DNA of 64,000 nt, taken from positions 231,412 to 295,411 of the forward strand of contig JBAZZB010000002.1 in assembly GCA_041659045.1 (NCBI GenBank), given 5' to 3'. This stretch comes from Patescibacteria group bacterium. GTDB lineage: Bacteria > Patescibacteriota > Patescibacteriia > SG8-24 > DYFX01. The first letter of the stretch is position 1. The number at the start of each line of letters is the position of its first letter. The position numbers and the translations under genes were made by a program. The notes beneath the pieces were generated by a model, which worked only from the letters and a program-made list of their open reading frames with translations, searched no databases and had not been told where the DNA came from. Positions 34,452 to 42,898 of this stretch are shown here, piece by piece.

Positions 34452-34526
34452 GGCGGCCATCGTTCAGTGGTAGGACAGTGGATTGTGGTTCCACGAATGA
34501 GGGTTCGATTCCCTCTGGCCGCCCCA
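34452..34526 (+). tRNA. tRNA-His (anticodon GTG) with an encoded G-1
   Basis: An extra 5' G pairs with the C73 discriminator. The acceptor is GCGGCCA/TGGCCGC, the anticodon loop is TTGTGGT, the T arm is GAGGG-TTCGATT-CCCTC, and CCA is encoded. Confidence 0.85.
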
Positions 34527-34534
34527 TGAGAAAA

Positions 34535-34562
34535 ACACCTGCAAGGGTGTTTTTTTCTTTGG
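34535..34562 (+). terminator. intrinsic terminator after the tRNAs
   Basis: ACACCtgcaaGGGTGT is followed by TTTTTTTCTTT. Confidence 0.6.
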
Positions 34563-34632
34563 GCGGCATTGACTTTTCCCGAATTATCGGCATACTTGCT
34601 TCGTCACGAAACCCTCCACGTGGAGACTGCCC

Positions 34633-35706
34633 ATGTCCGAGCTCGCACAGAATCGCCTCCTCCATCTTGCCGCTGCCTGCGGCGTCGTTCGCCAGGTCGT
34701 TGACCATCTTCGCCACGGATACACGCCCGACTTCCACACGGCCCACCTCGCAGCGCCCGTCTTCGACGACGTGCGCGAGTACGCCACCTGGTACGCCTCC
34801 GGTTTCCCCCGCGACGTCATTTCGAAGCTGGGGCACGCCAAGGTGTCCAAGCTCGTCCTCGCCGGCGACTTCGATGCGGTACGTGTGGCAGTCTGTGCCA
34901 ACCTGCACTGCGAAGACAGCGGCTGCCACGAAGCGCACGAGATGACCACCGAGCTGCGCGGCCTGACTGAAGACGAGCGTCTCGAGCTGGTCGATCACAA
35001 CCAGAAGATGTACCTGGCGGTCACCGTCGGTTACATCCGCTGCACGCTAGCTCGGGTCTGCGACCGCCGGGACGACTACGAGTGCGCCCGCGGCCACCTC
35101 GAGCATCCGGTCTTTGCCGCGCTGCCCAAGCCGGTGCTGAGCCGGATCGAGCTCGAAATCTGCGAGTACTGGAAGGACGGAATGCTGAACGGCGCTCGCA
35201 CGATGATGGACGCGGCGCTGAGCCGCGACCACAACTTCTTCTGGAGCATGGCGAACCGCGCGGTCGGCTGCGGCGTGCCCGTCGAGCCGATGCCGATCAA
35301 CCCCGAACTCCTGCCCGAAGACCTGTTCCCCGCCCCGGAGATCATCATGAAGAAGAAAGAGAACGTGCTCCTTCACCTCGCCCTCGCCGTCGGCTACGCC
35401 CGTCTCAGCCGCAAGAGCGTCGAGGATGTCGACACCGTCATGGCGCTCACGTTCGCTCAGGCGCACCTCGAGCTCGAAGCGTTCCGCGACCTCTCGGCCG
35501 CCTTGCGCAAGATCGTCGTCGACGAGATCCACATGCTCGCGCACGATGGCAACGGCACGCCGGACCAGGGCGTCGAGCTCATCGAAGCTGCTGTCGCCGG
35601 CAAGTACGGCCCGTGCTGGAAGCTCGCCAACTATCGGCTCCACCAGCGCGAGCCGAGCCACCGCCCGGTCCTGGCAGCGGCGATCGACCCTGCCTGGCTC
35701 CTCTGA
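34633..35706 (+). CDS. hypothetical protein (GC-rich, Cys/His-rich N-terminal half)
   Basis: 357 aa. The promoter TTGACT-N17-ATACTT is at 34569. The terminator GACTCGCtatctgaaGCGAGTC plus T-run follows the gene. Confidence 0.5.
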   Translation: MSELAQNRLLHLAAACGVVRQVVDHLRHGYTPDFHTAHLAAPVFDDVREYATWYASGFPRDVISKLGHAKVSKLVLAGDFDAVRVAVCANLHCEDSGCHEAHEMTTELRGLTEDERLELVDHNQKMYLAVTVGYIRCTLARVCDRRDDYECARGHLEHPVFAALPKPVLSRIELEICEYWKDGMLNGARTMMDAALSRDHNFFWSMANRAVGCGVPVEPMPINPELLPEDLFPAPEIIMKKKENVLLHLALAVGYARLSRKSVEDVDTVMALTFAQAHLELEAFRDLSAALRKIVVDEIHMLAHDGNGTPDQGVELIEAAVAGKYGPCWKLANYRLHQREPSHRPVLAAAIDPAWLL

Positions 35707-35771
35707 GACTCGCTATCTGAAGCGAGTCTTTTTCTATGAAAAAAACCGACGTGTGCAACGTCGGTTACGTT

Positions 35772-35987
35772 CTAGAAACCGTACTCTTTCAGAGTAACGA
35801 TGTGGCCGCACATACCGCACGGCCCGCTCACAACAAACTTGGCGCCGCAATACGGACAATTCTGTCCGGGTGTACACGCAATGCATGGTCGTTGTCCTTC
35901 GGTCGTCGAGACCTTCTTCACGCCCTTGCAGCTGGCACACGCTTTCGGCTTGAGATCAGAAGGATCGGGAGTTTCCATTTCAACCAT
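35772..35987 (-). CDS. hypothetical small protein with four CxxC pairs (double zinc ribbon)
   Basis: 71 aa containing CASCKG..CIAC..CPYCG..CGMCGH. The start is preceded by AGAGAGGGGG. It lies downstream of the sensor kinase on the same strand, and the terminator AACCGACGttgcacaCGTCGGTT plus T-run follows. Confidence 0.4.
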   Translation of the reverse strand: MVEMETPDPSDLKPKACASCKGVKKVSTTEGQRPCIACTPGQNCPYCGAKFVVSGPCGMCGHIVTLKEYGF

Positions 35988-36029
35988 GGTCCCCCTCTCT
36001 TAACACCTTTTCTCCCGTCAGGGAAGTCC

Positions 36030-37595
36030 TTACTTCACCGGCAGAGCAAGCGTAACGGTCGCCCCCTTACCTTCGCCTTCGCTCTCGATCCACACTTTGC
36101 CGCCGTGCGCCTCAACAACATGTTTTACGATAAAAAGTCCGAGCCCCGTGCCATCGGGTGAACTAAGCACTGCCGCCTGCGAGCGGAAAAATTTATCAAA
36201 AACTCGCTCAATATCGCTTTTTGAAATACCGATGCCCTCGTCGGAAATAGAACACGTCTGATACGCATTGCCATCAATCTTCGCGTCGGCCACGCGCACG
36301 GTTACGGTACCACCCTCTTTGCAGTAGGTAATGGCGTTGTCAGCTACGATCTTCAGCGCGAAAGAAATTTTTGCTTTGTCGAAGGGGATCTCCTTCAATT
36401 GGCTCTTGGTACGTTCAAAATTCCATTTCAACTTCCGACGCGCCAATGCTTTTTCAGAATGATCGTGAATGTCCTGCACGAGCTCCCAAAGGAACGCGGG
36501 CTTTTCATCTAGCACGAGCTTCCCCGTTTCAATATCAAGAGTCGCAAACACGCGCTCAAGAGTTTCGATGAGATACACACTGCGCTGGCGTACCGTCTCG
36601 ACGGCCTCGCGAAGTTCTGGCGCGAGCTTTTTCTCAGCCATCGCATCGGCCAATAATTCGCCGCTCCAGCGGATGGAGGAAAGTGGCGTACGAAACTGGT
36701 GAGATACGACGTCAATGAATTCAGAGCGCGCCCGACTTGTCGCTTCAAGCTGCTCACGCGTTATCTGCAACTCCTTCACCGTTTCTTCAAGGTGTCCGGC
36801 CTGTCGGCGCAAATCTTGATCGGCTGTACGAAGACCTTTGGCCTGCGCGAACGTCTCGTTCTCAAGTTCATGAAGCAATTTAACCTTCGCGGCCCAAAGC
36901 ACGGTTTTCGGCGTGAGACTGAGAAGATTCTTTAATGCCGGCAAAAAACCGTACGTCGCCTCGACGTCGAGGTAGGCCTGCTCAAAAAGATTTCGCGATG
37001 TTGTATGCCCGAGCGTAACGTGCAAAAGGCTGTACCACTGCTGGAAAAGCGCCGCCACGATTTCACCGCACTCCGTCATGTTGCGCATGCGCGCGGGCTG
37101 GTACGGAATGCCGTGCGCGAGATCAAGCTTCACGCCTTTCCACGGCGTTTCACTTAGGGCATTGGCGAGAATACGCTCGCTGACGTGCTGGCCGAAAAAA
37201 ACACGACTTCGCTTGGCATACGCCGCAAGGAGCGCTGAAGCGAGCGCGAGCAGTTGCGGCTCCGGTGCTAACAGCAGCAACCGAAACGTCGGGTACGCGC
37301 CTTCAGGAAAAAGCGCGAGGGTTTGTTGCCGAATCGTTTCGAGCGACAACGTACCCTTCGATTCGCGCACCAGCTCCCCTTCCGCCTCAAGGTAGAGCTT
37401 GGCAAAACGCTGCTCGCGATCACCTCTTTTTTCAAGAAATGCTTCGTCGGCGCGCAGACGAAATCGCTCGGCAAATACGGAATCGCCGGAGAGTCGACCG
37501 AGCAGCGCGAAGACGTCGAGGATGGCGTCAGCCATACCTACTTCAATATTTTTTTGTACAAAGCACGCGCGTAGAGAGCACCCGCCAAAAGACAC
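36030..37595 (-). CDS. sensor histidine kinase (cytoplasmic, no cognate response regulator adjacent)
   Basis: The HisKA region (EFIDVVSHQFRTPLSSI) and the HATPase_c region (GTGLGLFIVKHVVEAHGG) are both present. The likely true start is MADAIL at about 37535, overlapping the stop of the upstream small membrane protein. Confidence 0.8.
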   Translation of the reverse strand: MSFGGCSLRACFVQKNIEVGMADAILDVFALLGRLSGDSVFAERFRLRADEAFLEKRGDREQRFAKLYLEAEGELVRESKGTLSLETIRQQTLALFPEGAYPTFRLLLLAPEPQLLALASALLAAYAKRSRVFFGQHVSERILANALSETPWKGVKLDLAHGIPYQPARMRNMTECGEIVAALFQQWYSLLHVTLGHTTSRNLFEQAYLDVEATYGFLPALKNLLSLTPKTVLWAAKVKLLHELENETFAQAKGLRTADQDLRRQAGHLEETVKELQITREQLEATSRARSEFIDVVSHQFRTPLSSIRWSGELLADAMAEKKLAPELREAVETVRQRSVYLIETLERVFATLDIETGKLVLDEKPAFLWELVQDIHDHSEKALARRKLKWNFERTKSQLKEIPFDKAKISFALKIVADNAITYCKEGGTVTVRVADAKIDGNAYQTCSISDEGIGISKSDIERVFDKFFRSQAAVLSSPDGTGLGLFIVKHVVEAHGGKVWIESEGEGKGATVTLALPVK

Positions 37596-37825
37596 GCGGC
37601 ACCAACCGCCTCAACCACAGGGACGAACGCAAGAAGAAGCCCCAACAGGTCAAAAAGATTCGCGACACCGATAGCCGTCGTACCGAACGCGAGCAAGATC
37701 CATGTCACGTTCATCTTCGCTCCTTTGTTGAGCATGATGAACGTAAACGATGCGATCGTCGCGCCAAAACAGCAAAACGCCGTAACCGCGGGCAAAAGAT
37801 AGACAAGCGTCGTTGTATCAAACAT
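37538..37825 (-). CDS. hypothetical 3-TM small membrane protein, translationally coupled to the kinase
   Basis: 95 aa with three hydrophobic helices. Its stop overlaps the probable kinase start. Confidence 0.45.
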   Translation of the reverse strand: MFDTTTLVYLLPAVTAFCCFGATIASFTFIMLNKGAKMNVTWILLAFGTTAIGVANLFDLLGLLLAFVPVVEAVGAACLLAGALYARALYKKILK

Positions 37826-37849
37826 GCGTGGTGATTCTCCTACAGTCTA

Positions 37850-38836
37850 TCATGCTTTGCGGCCTTTCCGCTTGTCGTGAAATGCTTTGTAGACTTCCTG
37901 CAGGTGCGAGTCGGTGATGTGCGTGTAGATTTGCGTTGTCGTGACGGAAGCGTGGCCGAGCAAAGACTGCACGCTGCGAAGGTCCGCGCCGTTCATCAGG
38001 AGATCCGTGGCGAACGAGTGGCGCAACGTGTGAGGAGAAATGCTTTTCGTGATGCCAGCGATCTTGCGATAGTGCTCAACAATACGTTGTACGGTACGTG
38101 AAGTGAGACCAGACATCTCATCACGTCCCTTCGAGGCACGATCATGGCTCACAAAGAGCATCGGGCTCATATCCCGGCGCGCTTCTTGATATTTTTTGAG
38201 CCAGCCCTTCGCGTCGTCAGAAAAAAACACGACGCGGTATTTCGAACCCTTTCCTTTTACGGTGAATTCGCTTCGATTGAAGTTGATATCTCCCAGCTTC
38301 AAGCTGCAAAGTTCCGAGACGCGCAAACCGGTCGACCAAAGCAGTTCAAGAATCGTGCGGTCGCGCAGGCGCACAATATCCGGGCCTTGCGACTTCATCG
38401 GCGCATCAAGAAGCTTTTCAATTTCCTTCGGTTCCAAAAATTCGACGTGTCGATCGGGCTGCTTCGCGAGTTCGATCTTTTCCGCCGCCAATGTTTCAAT
38501 ATCGCGCTTCGAGAGATACTTCAAAAAAGCACGCAGGGCGATCAAGTGATAGTTTTGCGTATTTTTCTTGAGCATCACGCCGTGACTATCCTCAAGACGG
38601 TTCAACCACAGACGGAACTGGCGCACCGAATCGAGGGTGATCGCGCTTGCTTTGCTAATCCCCTTGTCTAAAGCCCAGTCGGCAAACCGTCCCAAATAGA
38701 AACCATAGTTCTCCCGAGTGCGTTTTGAGCGGTTTTTCTCGATTTCCAAGTAGTCGCCGAAATCACGGATCAGCTCGTGAACCTGGCTTTTTTTGGCTAA
38801 GGTATCAACTTTTTCTTTGAGTGCCATATTTGTCAA
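37850..38836 (-). CDS. xerC: tyrosine site-specific recombinase, XerC/XerD-like
   Basis: 328 aa. The C-terminal catalytic signature HTLRHSFATDLLMNGADLRSVQSLLGHASVTTTQIYTHI is that of a tyrosine recombinase. Confidence 0.8.
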   Translation of the reverse strand: MTNMALKEKVDTLAKKSQVHELIRDFGDYLEIEKNRSKRTRENYGFYLGRFADWALDKGISKASAITLDSVRQFRLWLNRLEDSHGVMLKKNTQNYHLIALRAFLKYLSKRDIETLAAEKIELAKQPDRHVEFLEPKEIEKLLDAPMKSQGPDIVRLRDRTILELLWSTGLRVSELCSLKLGDINFNRSEFTVKGKGSKYRVVFFSDDAKGWLKKYQEARRDMSPMLFVSHDRASKGRDEMSGLTSRTVQRIVEHYRKIAGITKSISPHTLRHSFATDLLMNGADLRSVQSLLGHASVTTTQIYTHITDSHLQEVYKAFHDKRKGRKA

Positions 38837-38845
38837 AATAGGTTG

Positions 38846-38889
38846 ACAGAAACCGTGTTTTCTGCTAAGATTGGCCGTTCCGGATAGTT
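38846..38889 (+). promoter_or_regulatory. promoter TTGACA-N17-TAAGAT preceded by the palindrome TGTCAA-aatagg-TTGACA
   Basis: The -35 is at 38861-38866 and the -10 TAAGAT follows a 17-nt spacer. The 6-6-6 palindrome involving the -35 has the same architecture as the one at 527-544 upstream of hsp20. Confidence 0.45.
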
Positions 38890-38943
38890 CATTTCTTTGA
38901 CTGTTAGGCGCCCGGAACCGCCACCAACCCAGAGGAGTCTCAC

Positions 38944-39996
38944 TTGAAAGACTGGATCAATGCCTTTTCGATCTGCATCTTCGGATGCACGATCGCGTTC
39001 TTCCTCAAGGAAGGAGCCTTCAAGGACAAGGAGCATGTCGTGCACGCCGGAACGTTGCCTCGTGCGACGTCAGACCGGAGTCCTGTTTCTGCGAACGTGA
39101 TGCGGGCGATGAGCGAGGAACCCTCCTCGGACGTCGAGATGCCGATCGCCTACGTTCCATCGAACCAGAACCAGCTCTGCGCGGCATACGACACCGTCGC
39201 GCACCCGGAGCAGATCCTCGATGTCCTGACGCTCGCCAGCCAACGCGGTTGTCGAACGATCAAGGGTGTGAAGATCTGCGCTCCCGTCGAGGTCTTGTAC
39301 GCCATCTGGCGCATCGAGACGGGTCACGTCGATGGCGCAGGTCTCGCATCAGGCAGATGCGACCTGATGGAAGAGCTGCGACGTCGTGATGGTGCCGCTG
39401 GTACCAAGCACGGCGCGGGCATGCTGCGCATGGCCGAGAAGTTCAAGTGGAACAAGGTCTACGGCGAAAACCTAGAGCGCATGACCTGTTCATGCCCCAA
39501 GATCGTCGATGACAAAGACCCAGTGACCGGGGACGTGATCGGCAAGAAGAAGTACGGCTACGGCGGTTGCTGTGGTCCGTTCCAATTCTCTGGCGCGGAA
39601 GTGGTCGACTGGGCGATCGAACAGAACCTCGATCCACTTTCCTTTTGCGGCGGCGCGCTCATTGCCTCGCAGGACATCGTCTTGCGCTACGAGCGAGCCA
39701 TCAAGAAAGGATACGCGCACGGAGTACCCGCCTGGCGACGAGCCATCAGCAGCTACTACGGGCGTGATCCGAAGTCTGAGTACTACCTGAAGGCGTTGAG
39801 CAAGTGGGAAACCATCTACGGGTGGCAAGCCTGCGAACTCAAGACGACCGAAGACGGTACCCAGAGCTGGACGCGCAAGAGCAATGGCGAGGTCTGCGAC
39901 CAAGCCGCGCTCGAAAGGCAATGGGACTTCGTGCGTTCGCAAATCGTCGCACAGTCGATGCGAAGCGTTCGCTACCACCAAAGCCTGCGACAGTAA
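38944..39996 (+). CDS. hypothetical secreted protein (Cys-rich, possible lysozyme-like fold)
   Basis: 350 aa with a TTG start preceded by GAGGAG, a signal peptide and many Cys residues. The motif GGCCGPFQF weakly recalls a transglycosylase-like motif. Confidence 0.45.
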   Translation: MKDWINAFSICIFGCTIAFFLKEGAFKDKEHVVHAGTLPRATSDRSPVSANVMRAMSEEPSSDVEMPIAYVPSNQNQLCAAYDTVAHPEQILDVLTLASQRGCRTIKGVKICAPVEVLYAIWRIETGHVDGAGLASGRCDLMEELRRRDGAAGTKHGAGMLRMAEKFKWNKVYGENLERMTCSCPKIVDDKDPVTGDVIGKKKYGYGGCCGPFQFSGAEVVDWAIEQNLDPLSFCGGALIASQDIVLRYERAIKKGYAHGVPAWRRAISSYYGRDPKSEYYLKALSKWETIYGWQACELKTTEDGTQSWTRKSNGEVCDQAALERQWDFVRSQIVAQSMRSVRYHQSLRQ

Positions 39997-40155
39997 GTCG
40001 CACATTCGTTCCTTCCGAACATCTCACTCTCTCTCAGAGGCCGCACGCTGGGCCTCTTTTGTTATTGTACGACACTTCTTCTGTTTGACCGAGTCCTGCA
40101 CGATTGATAGCGTAAATAGAGGCAACCCGCCGCATCGACGGACAAGGAGGTTTGT

Positions 40156-40905
40156 ATGTCCGACGCACGACTGGGACGAGACACGCTGTCGGTTCGATTC
40201 GTTCACGTGGCGCTGGTGTTGATCCTGGCGATCACGCTCGCGATGCTTGCGATCATGCTGCTCATTCACGCTTCCGATTCCTCGTCGACGACGAAATACG
40301 GAAAGCGTACGACGGAGCAGCAGAACGAGACCGCAATCCACGAGGCCGGCCACGCACTGCTGAGTGCAGCCATCCTGCCAGAGCGACCGATCGAGGACAT
40401 TCTGATCTACGTCGAGTACGACGAGGCGGACGGCAAGCTCGGTCTGACGCACGTCGGCACGGTGCCCGCGCTCTACATGACGCATCCCGAGTTCGTCACG
40501 AAGGCTGACGCGATGTTCTACCTCGGCGGCGCCGCTGCAGAGGAAGCCGTCTTCGGCACGAAGCCTCAGCAGGACTACACCGACAAGGACATGGTGGGCG
40601 AGGAGCTCCTGAAGTACTGTGGTGCCGGTGACGGCAGCCAGTGCGGCGAGTGCCCAGCCTCCGACCTCGTAGGCAAGACTTGCATGATCAAGGGACACAT
40701 CGTGTCCTATCGAGATCTGCTCTATGTCGAGACGCTCGCCATCGCGAAGCTCAATCGCGAACTGCTGGCGCAACTCGCAAACGAGCTGATGCAGCAGCCG
40801 GTTCGCAACCGCGAGCGGCGACTCGATGCGGCACAACTCAAGGCGTTCTTCGCGGGGCATCCGATCCAGTTGCCGCCGAGTCCGCCCGTTCCAAAGACCC
40901 CGTAA
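40156..40905 (+). CDS. membrane-anchored zinc metallopeptidase, FtsH (M41)-like protease domain without an AAA module
   Basis: 249 aa with an N-terminal TM helix. The HEXXH motif in the context NETAIHEAGHALLSA resembles the FtsH peptidase-domain signature. The start is preceded by AAGGAGG. Confidence 0.5.
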   Translation: MSDARLGRDTLSVRFVHVALVLILAITLAMLAIMLLIHASDSSSTTKYGKRTTEQQNETAIHEAGHALLSAAILPERPIEDILIYVEYDEADGKLGLTHVGTVPALYMTHPEFVTKADAMFYLGGAAAEEAVFGTKPQQDYTDKDMVGEELLKYCGAGDGSQCGECPASDLVGKTCMIKGHIVSYRDLLYVETLAIAKLNRELLAQLANELMQQPVRNRERRLDAAQLKAFFAGHPIQLPPSPPVPKTP

Positions 40906-40994
40906 CCTCGGGGTTTTTTTCTTTGCGCTGAGACTACGCATTGACACAGCGCACATTTCACGCTACGTTCCGCTCACCTTCCAAGGAGGGATTC

Positions 40995-41579
40995 ATGACG
41001 CGCGCAGCGATTTTTGTCGGGAGTGAACTGCGTTTCCACGAACAGGCCAAGACGCTGGAAGAGTATCTCCTTCACGAAGTCGGCATGCGCAGACACACCG
41101 TCGCACTCGTGCCGTGCTGGAACAAGGAGCCAGACGACGTGCTCTGGACCATCGGCTTGCACTCCGCGAAGGCGAACAAGCAACCACTCCTCCTCGCCTA
41201 CCTCGGACACGGGTTTGAGAACGGTTGGTCGTATGGATATCGATCGAAGGGACATCCTCTGCAGATCGGTTATGACGCGATCGGCTCAAAGTTGCGCGAA
41301 CACCGCGGCCCGCTCCTCGTCGTGAATGAATGCTGTCACGCCGGCAGAATCCAGGATCAGATGACCTGGATCAACAGCGACAAGGTCCCTGTCGGCGTTC
41401 TTGCTGCCTGCGACGCCAGTGAAACGTCTTACGGGGCAATGCTTCCGGACATCATTGCCCTTTGGCGCTCCAGAAAGCCCTACACTCCCGTCGTTCGTCG
41501 CTTGGCAGCGCGGAAGGACCACGAAGAGCAGCGTTGGGGTGCCCCGCTCGACCACCATTTTTTCGCGAAGCCCGCCTAG
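40995..41579 (+). CDS. caspase/legumain-like (His-Cys dyad) cysteine peptidase-like protein
   Basis: The spacing and context of YLGHGFENG and LLVVNECCHAG resemble the catalytic His and Cys of clan CD peptidases. The start is preceded by AAGGAGGG. Confidence 0.4.
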   Translation: MTRAAIFVGSELRFHEQAKTLEEYLLHEVGMRRHTVALVPCWNKEPDDVLWTIGLHSAKANKQPLLLAYLGHGFENGWSYGYRSKGHPLQIGYDAIGSKLREHRGPLLVVNECCHAGRIQDQMTWINSDKVPVGVLAACDASETSYGAMLPDIIALWRSRKPYTPVVRRLAARKDHEEQRWGAPLDHHFFAKPA

Positions 41580-41720
41580 GGCTTCTTTTTCTTTTATCTT
41601 AGCCAAGACTTGACGACTCTCCCCTGTTTTGTTAGTCTTCTCGCGTACTTAATCCCTGCCACGCGGCTCGGTTTTGGCCTCGAGCGGCCTTTACTCGGCG
41701 CGAAGGCTTATAAAAGATGT

Positions 41721-41981
41721 ATGCTCGACAAGAAGGCAAAGGAAAAAATCATCGAGAAGTTCAAGACGCATGATCAGGACACCGGTTCTGCTCAGGTCCA
41801 GATCGCCATCCTTACGGCTGAGATCAAGGATCTTACGGACCACCTGAAAATGCATAAGAAGGACTTCTCTTCTCGCCGCGGTTTGCTGCGCAAAGTCAAC
41901 GAGCGCCGCAAGTTGCTCCGCTATCTCCAGCGCGAAATGCCGAAGGAGTACGCGAAGCTCACCGAAAAGCTCAAAGTATAA
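41721..41981 (+). CDS. rpsO: 30S ribosomal protein S15
   Basis: 86 aa. MLDKKAKEKIIEKFKTHDQDTGSAQVQIAILTAEIKDLTDHLKMHKKDFSSRRGLLRKV is canonical uS15. The promoter TTGACG-N17-TAGTCT lies at 41609. Confidence 0.85.
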   Translation: MLDKKAKEKIIEKFKTHDQDTGSAQVQIAILTAEIKDLTDHLKMHKKDFSSRRGLLRKVNERRKLLRYLQREMPKEYAKLTEKLKV

Positions 41982-41989
41982 ATGATAAG

Positions 41990-42050
41990 CGCGTCGCGTT
42001 TAGGGCCTTCGGGCTCCACGCGACGCGTTTCCGGTTTTTATAAGGATTTT
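41990..42050 (+). terminator. long terminator/attenuator hairpin after rpsO
   Basis: An 11-bp stem GCGCGTCGCGT..ACGCGACGCGT encloses a GGGCCttcGGGCTCC sub-hairpin and is followed by TTCCGGTTTTTAT. Confidence 0.5.
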
Positions 42051-42104
42051 CCCGCATAAGGCGGGCTCCGCATATGCGGGGAAAAACTCAACTATTTTCA
42101 TTTT

Positions 42105-42713
42105 ATGGCCGTTATTAAGCAAAAAAGTCAGCGCGTCGGGGTCTTTATCGACGTGCAGAACATGTATTACTCGGCGAAGAACCTTTACAACTGCCGCGTC
42201 CATTTCGGCAATATCGTCGAAACAGCGGTCGCCGACCGCCAGCTTGTCCGCGCGATCGCCTATGTCGTTCGCGCTGGCGTTCCCGAAGAACAGTCGTTTT
42301 TCGACGCTTTGACCAAGCTCGGCATCGAAACCAAGGAGCGCGAAGTCCAGGTTTTCTTGGGCGGCGCCAAAAAAGCTGACTGGGACGTCGGCATTGTCGT
42401 CGATGCGATCCGTCTTTCCCCTAAACTCGACGTGGTCGTGCTCGTCTCGGGCGACGGCGACTTCATTCCCTTGGTCGAATACCTTCAAAACATGGGTGTT
42501 CAGACCGAAGTCATGGCCTTCCGCGAAACTTCTTCCTCAAAACTGGTCGAAGAAGTTGATGATTTCATCGACTTGTCACGCGACCAAGCCCGCTACCTGA
42601 TCCCAACTCGCCACACCGGACGCGCTCCGAGCACCCGTGGCTCAAAATCCGCTCCGACCGCCGACGACGTCGATCCGAACATCAGCAAGATGCTCCAGGA
42701 CGATCAGGAATAG
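42105..42713 (+). CDS. NYN-domain (LabA-like) protein
   Basis: 202 aa. VGVFIDVQNMYYS...DVGIVVDAI...DVVVLVSGDGDFIPLVE are the NYN/LabA motifs. Confidence 0.8.
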   Translation: MAVIKQKSQRVGVFIDVQNMYYSAKNLYNCRVHFGNIVETAVADRQLVRAIAYVVRAGVPEEQSFFDALTKLGIETKEREVQVFLGGAKKADWDVGIVVDAIRLSPKLDVVVLVSGDGDFIPLVEYLQNMGVQTEVMAFRETSSSKLVEEVDDFIDLSRDQARYLIPTRHTGRAPSTRGSKSAPTADDVDPNISKMLQDDQE

Positions 42714-42714
42714 T

Positions 42715-42800
42715 CGTTTTCCCCGCAGGTGCGGGGAGGCAGCCGCCCGAACTTCGGACGCCTGCCTCCTCCCATCAAGGGAGGGCTAATACCTAGCACG
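42715..42800 (+). promoter_or_regulatory. structured pnp leader (three consecutive hairpins)
   Basis: The three hairpins are CCCCGCaggtGCGGGG, GAGGCAGccgcccgaacttcggacgCCTGCCTC and CTCCCatcaaGGGAG. The position is analogous to RNase III-processed pnp leaders in rpsO-pnp operons. Confidence 0.35.
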
Positions 42801-42898
42801 TTTCGAGCGCGCGAGGAGACAGTTCGCAGTCCTGTCTTGCCGAACAGTCGGCGGCACGGGACTGAGTACTGGCCTCGCCGCGCATTGGAACGACAACT

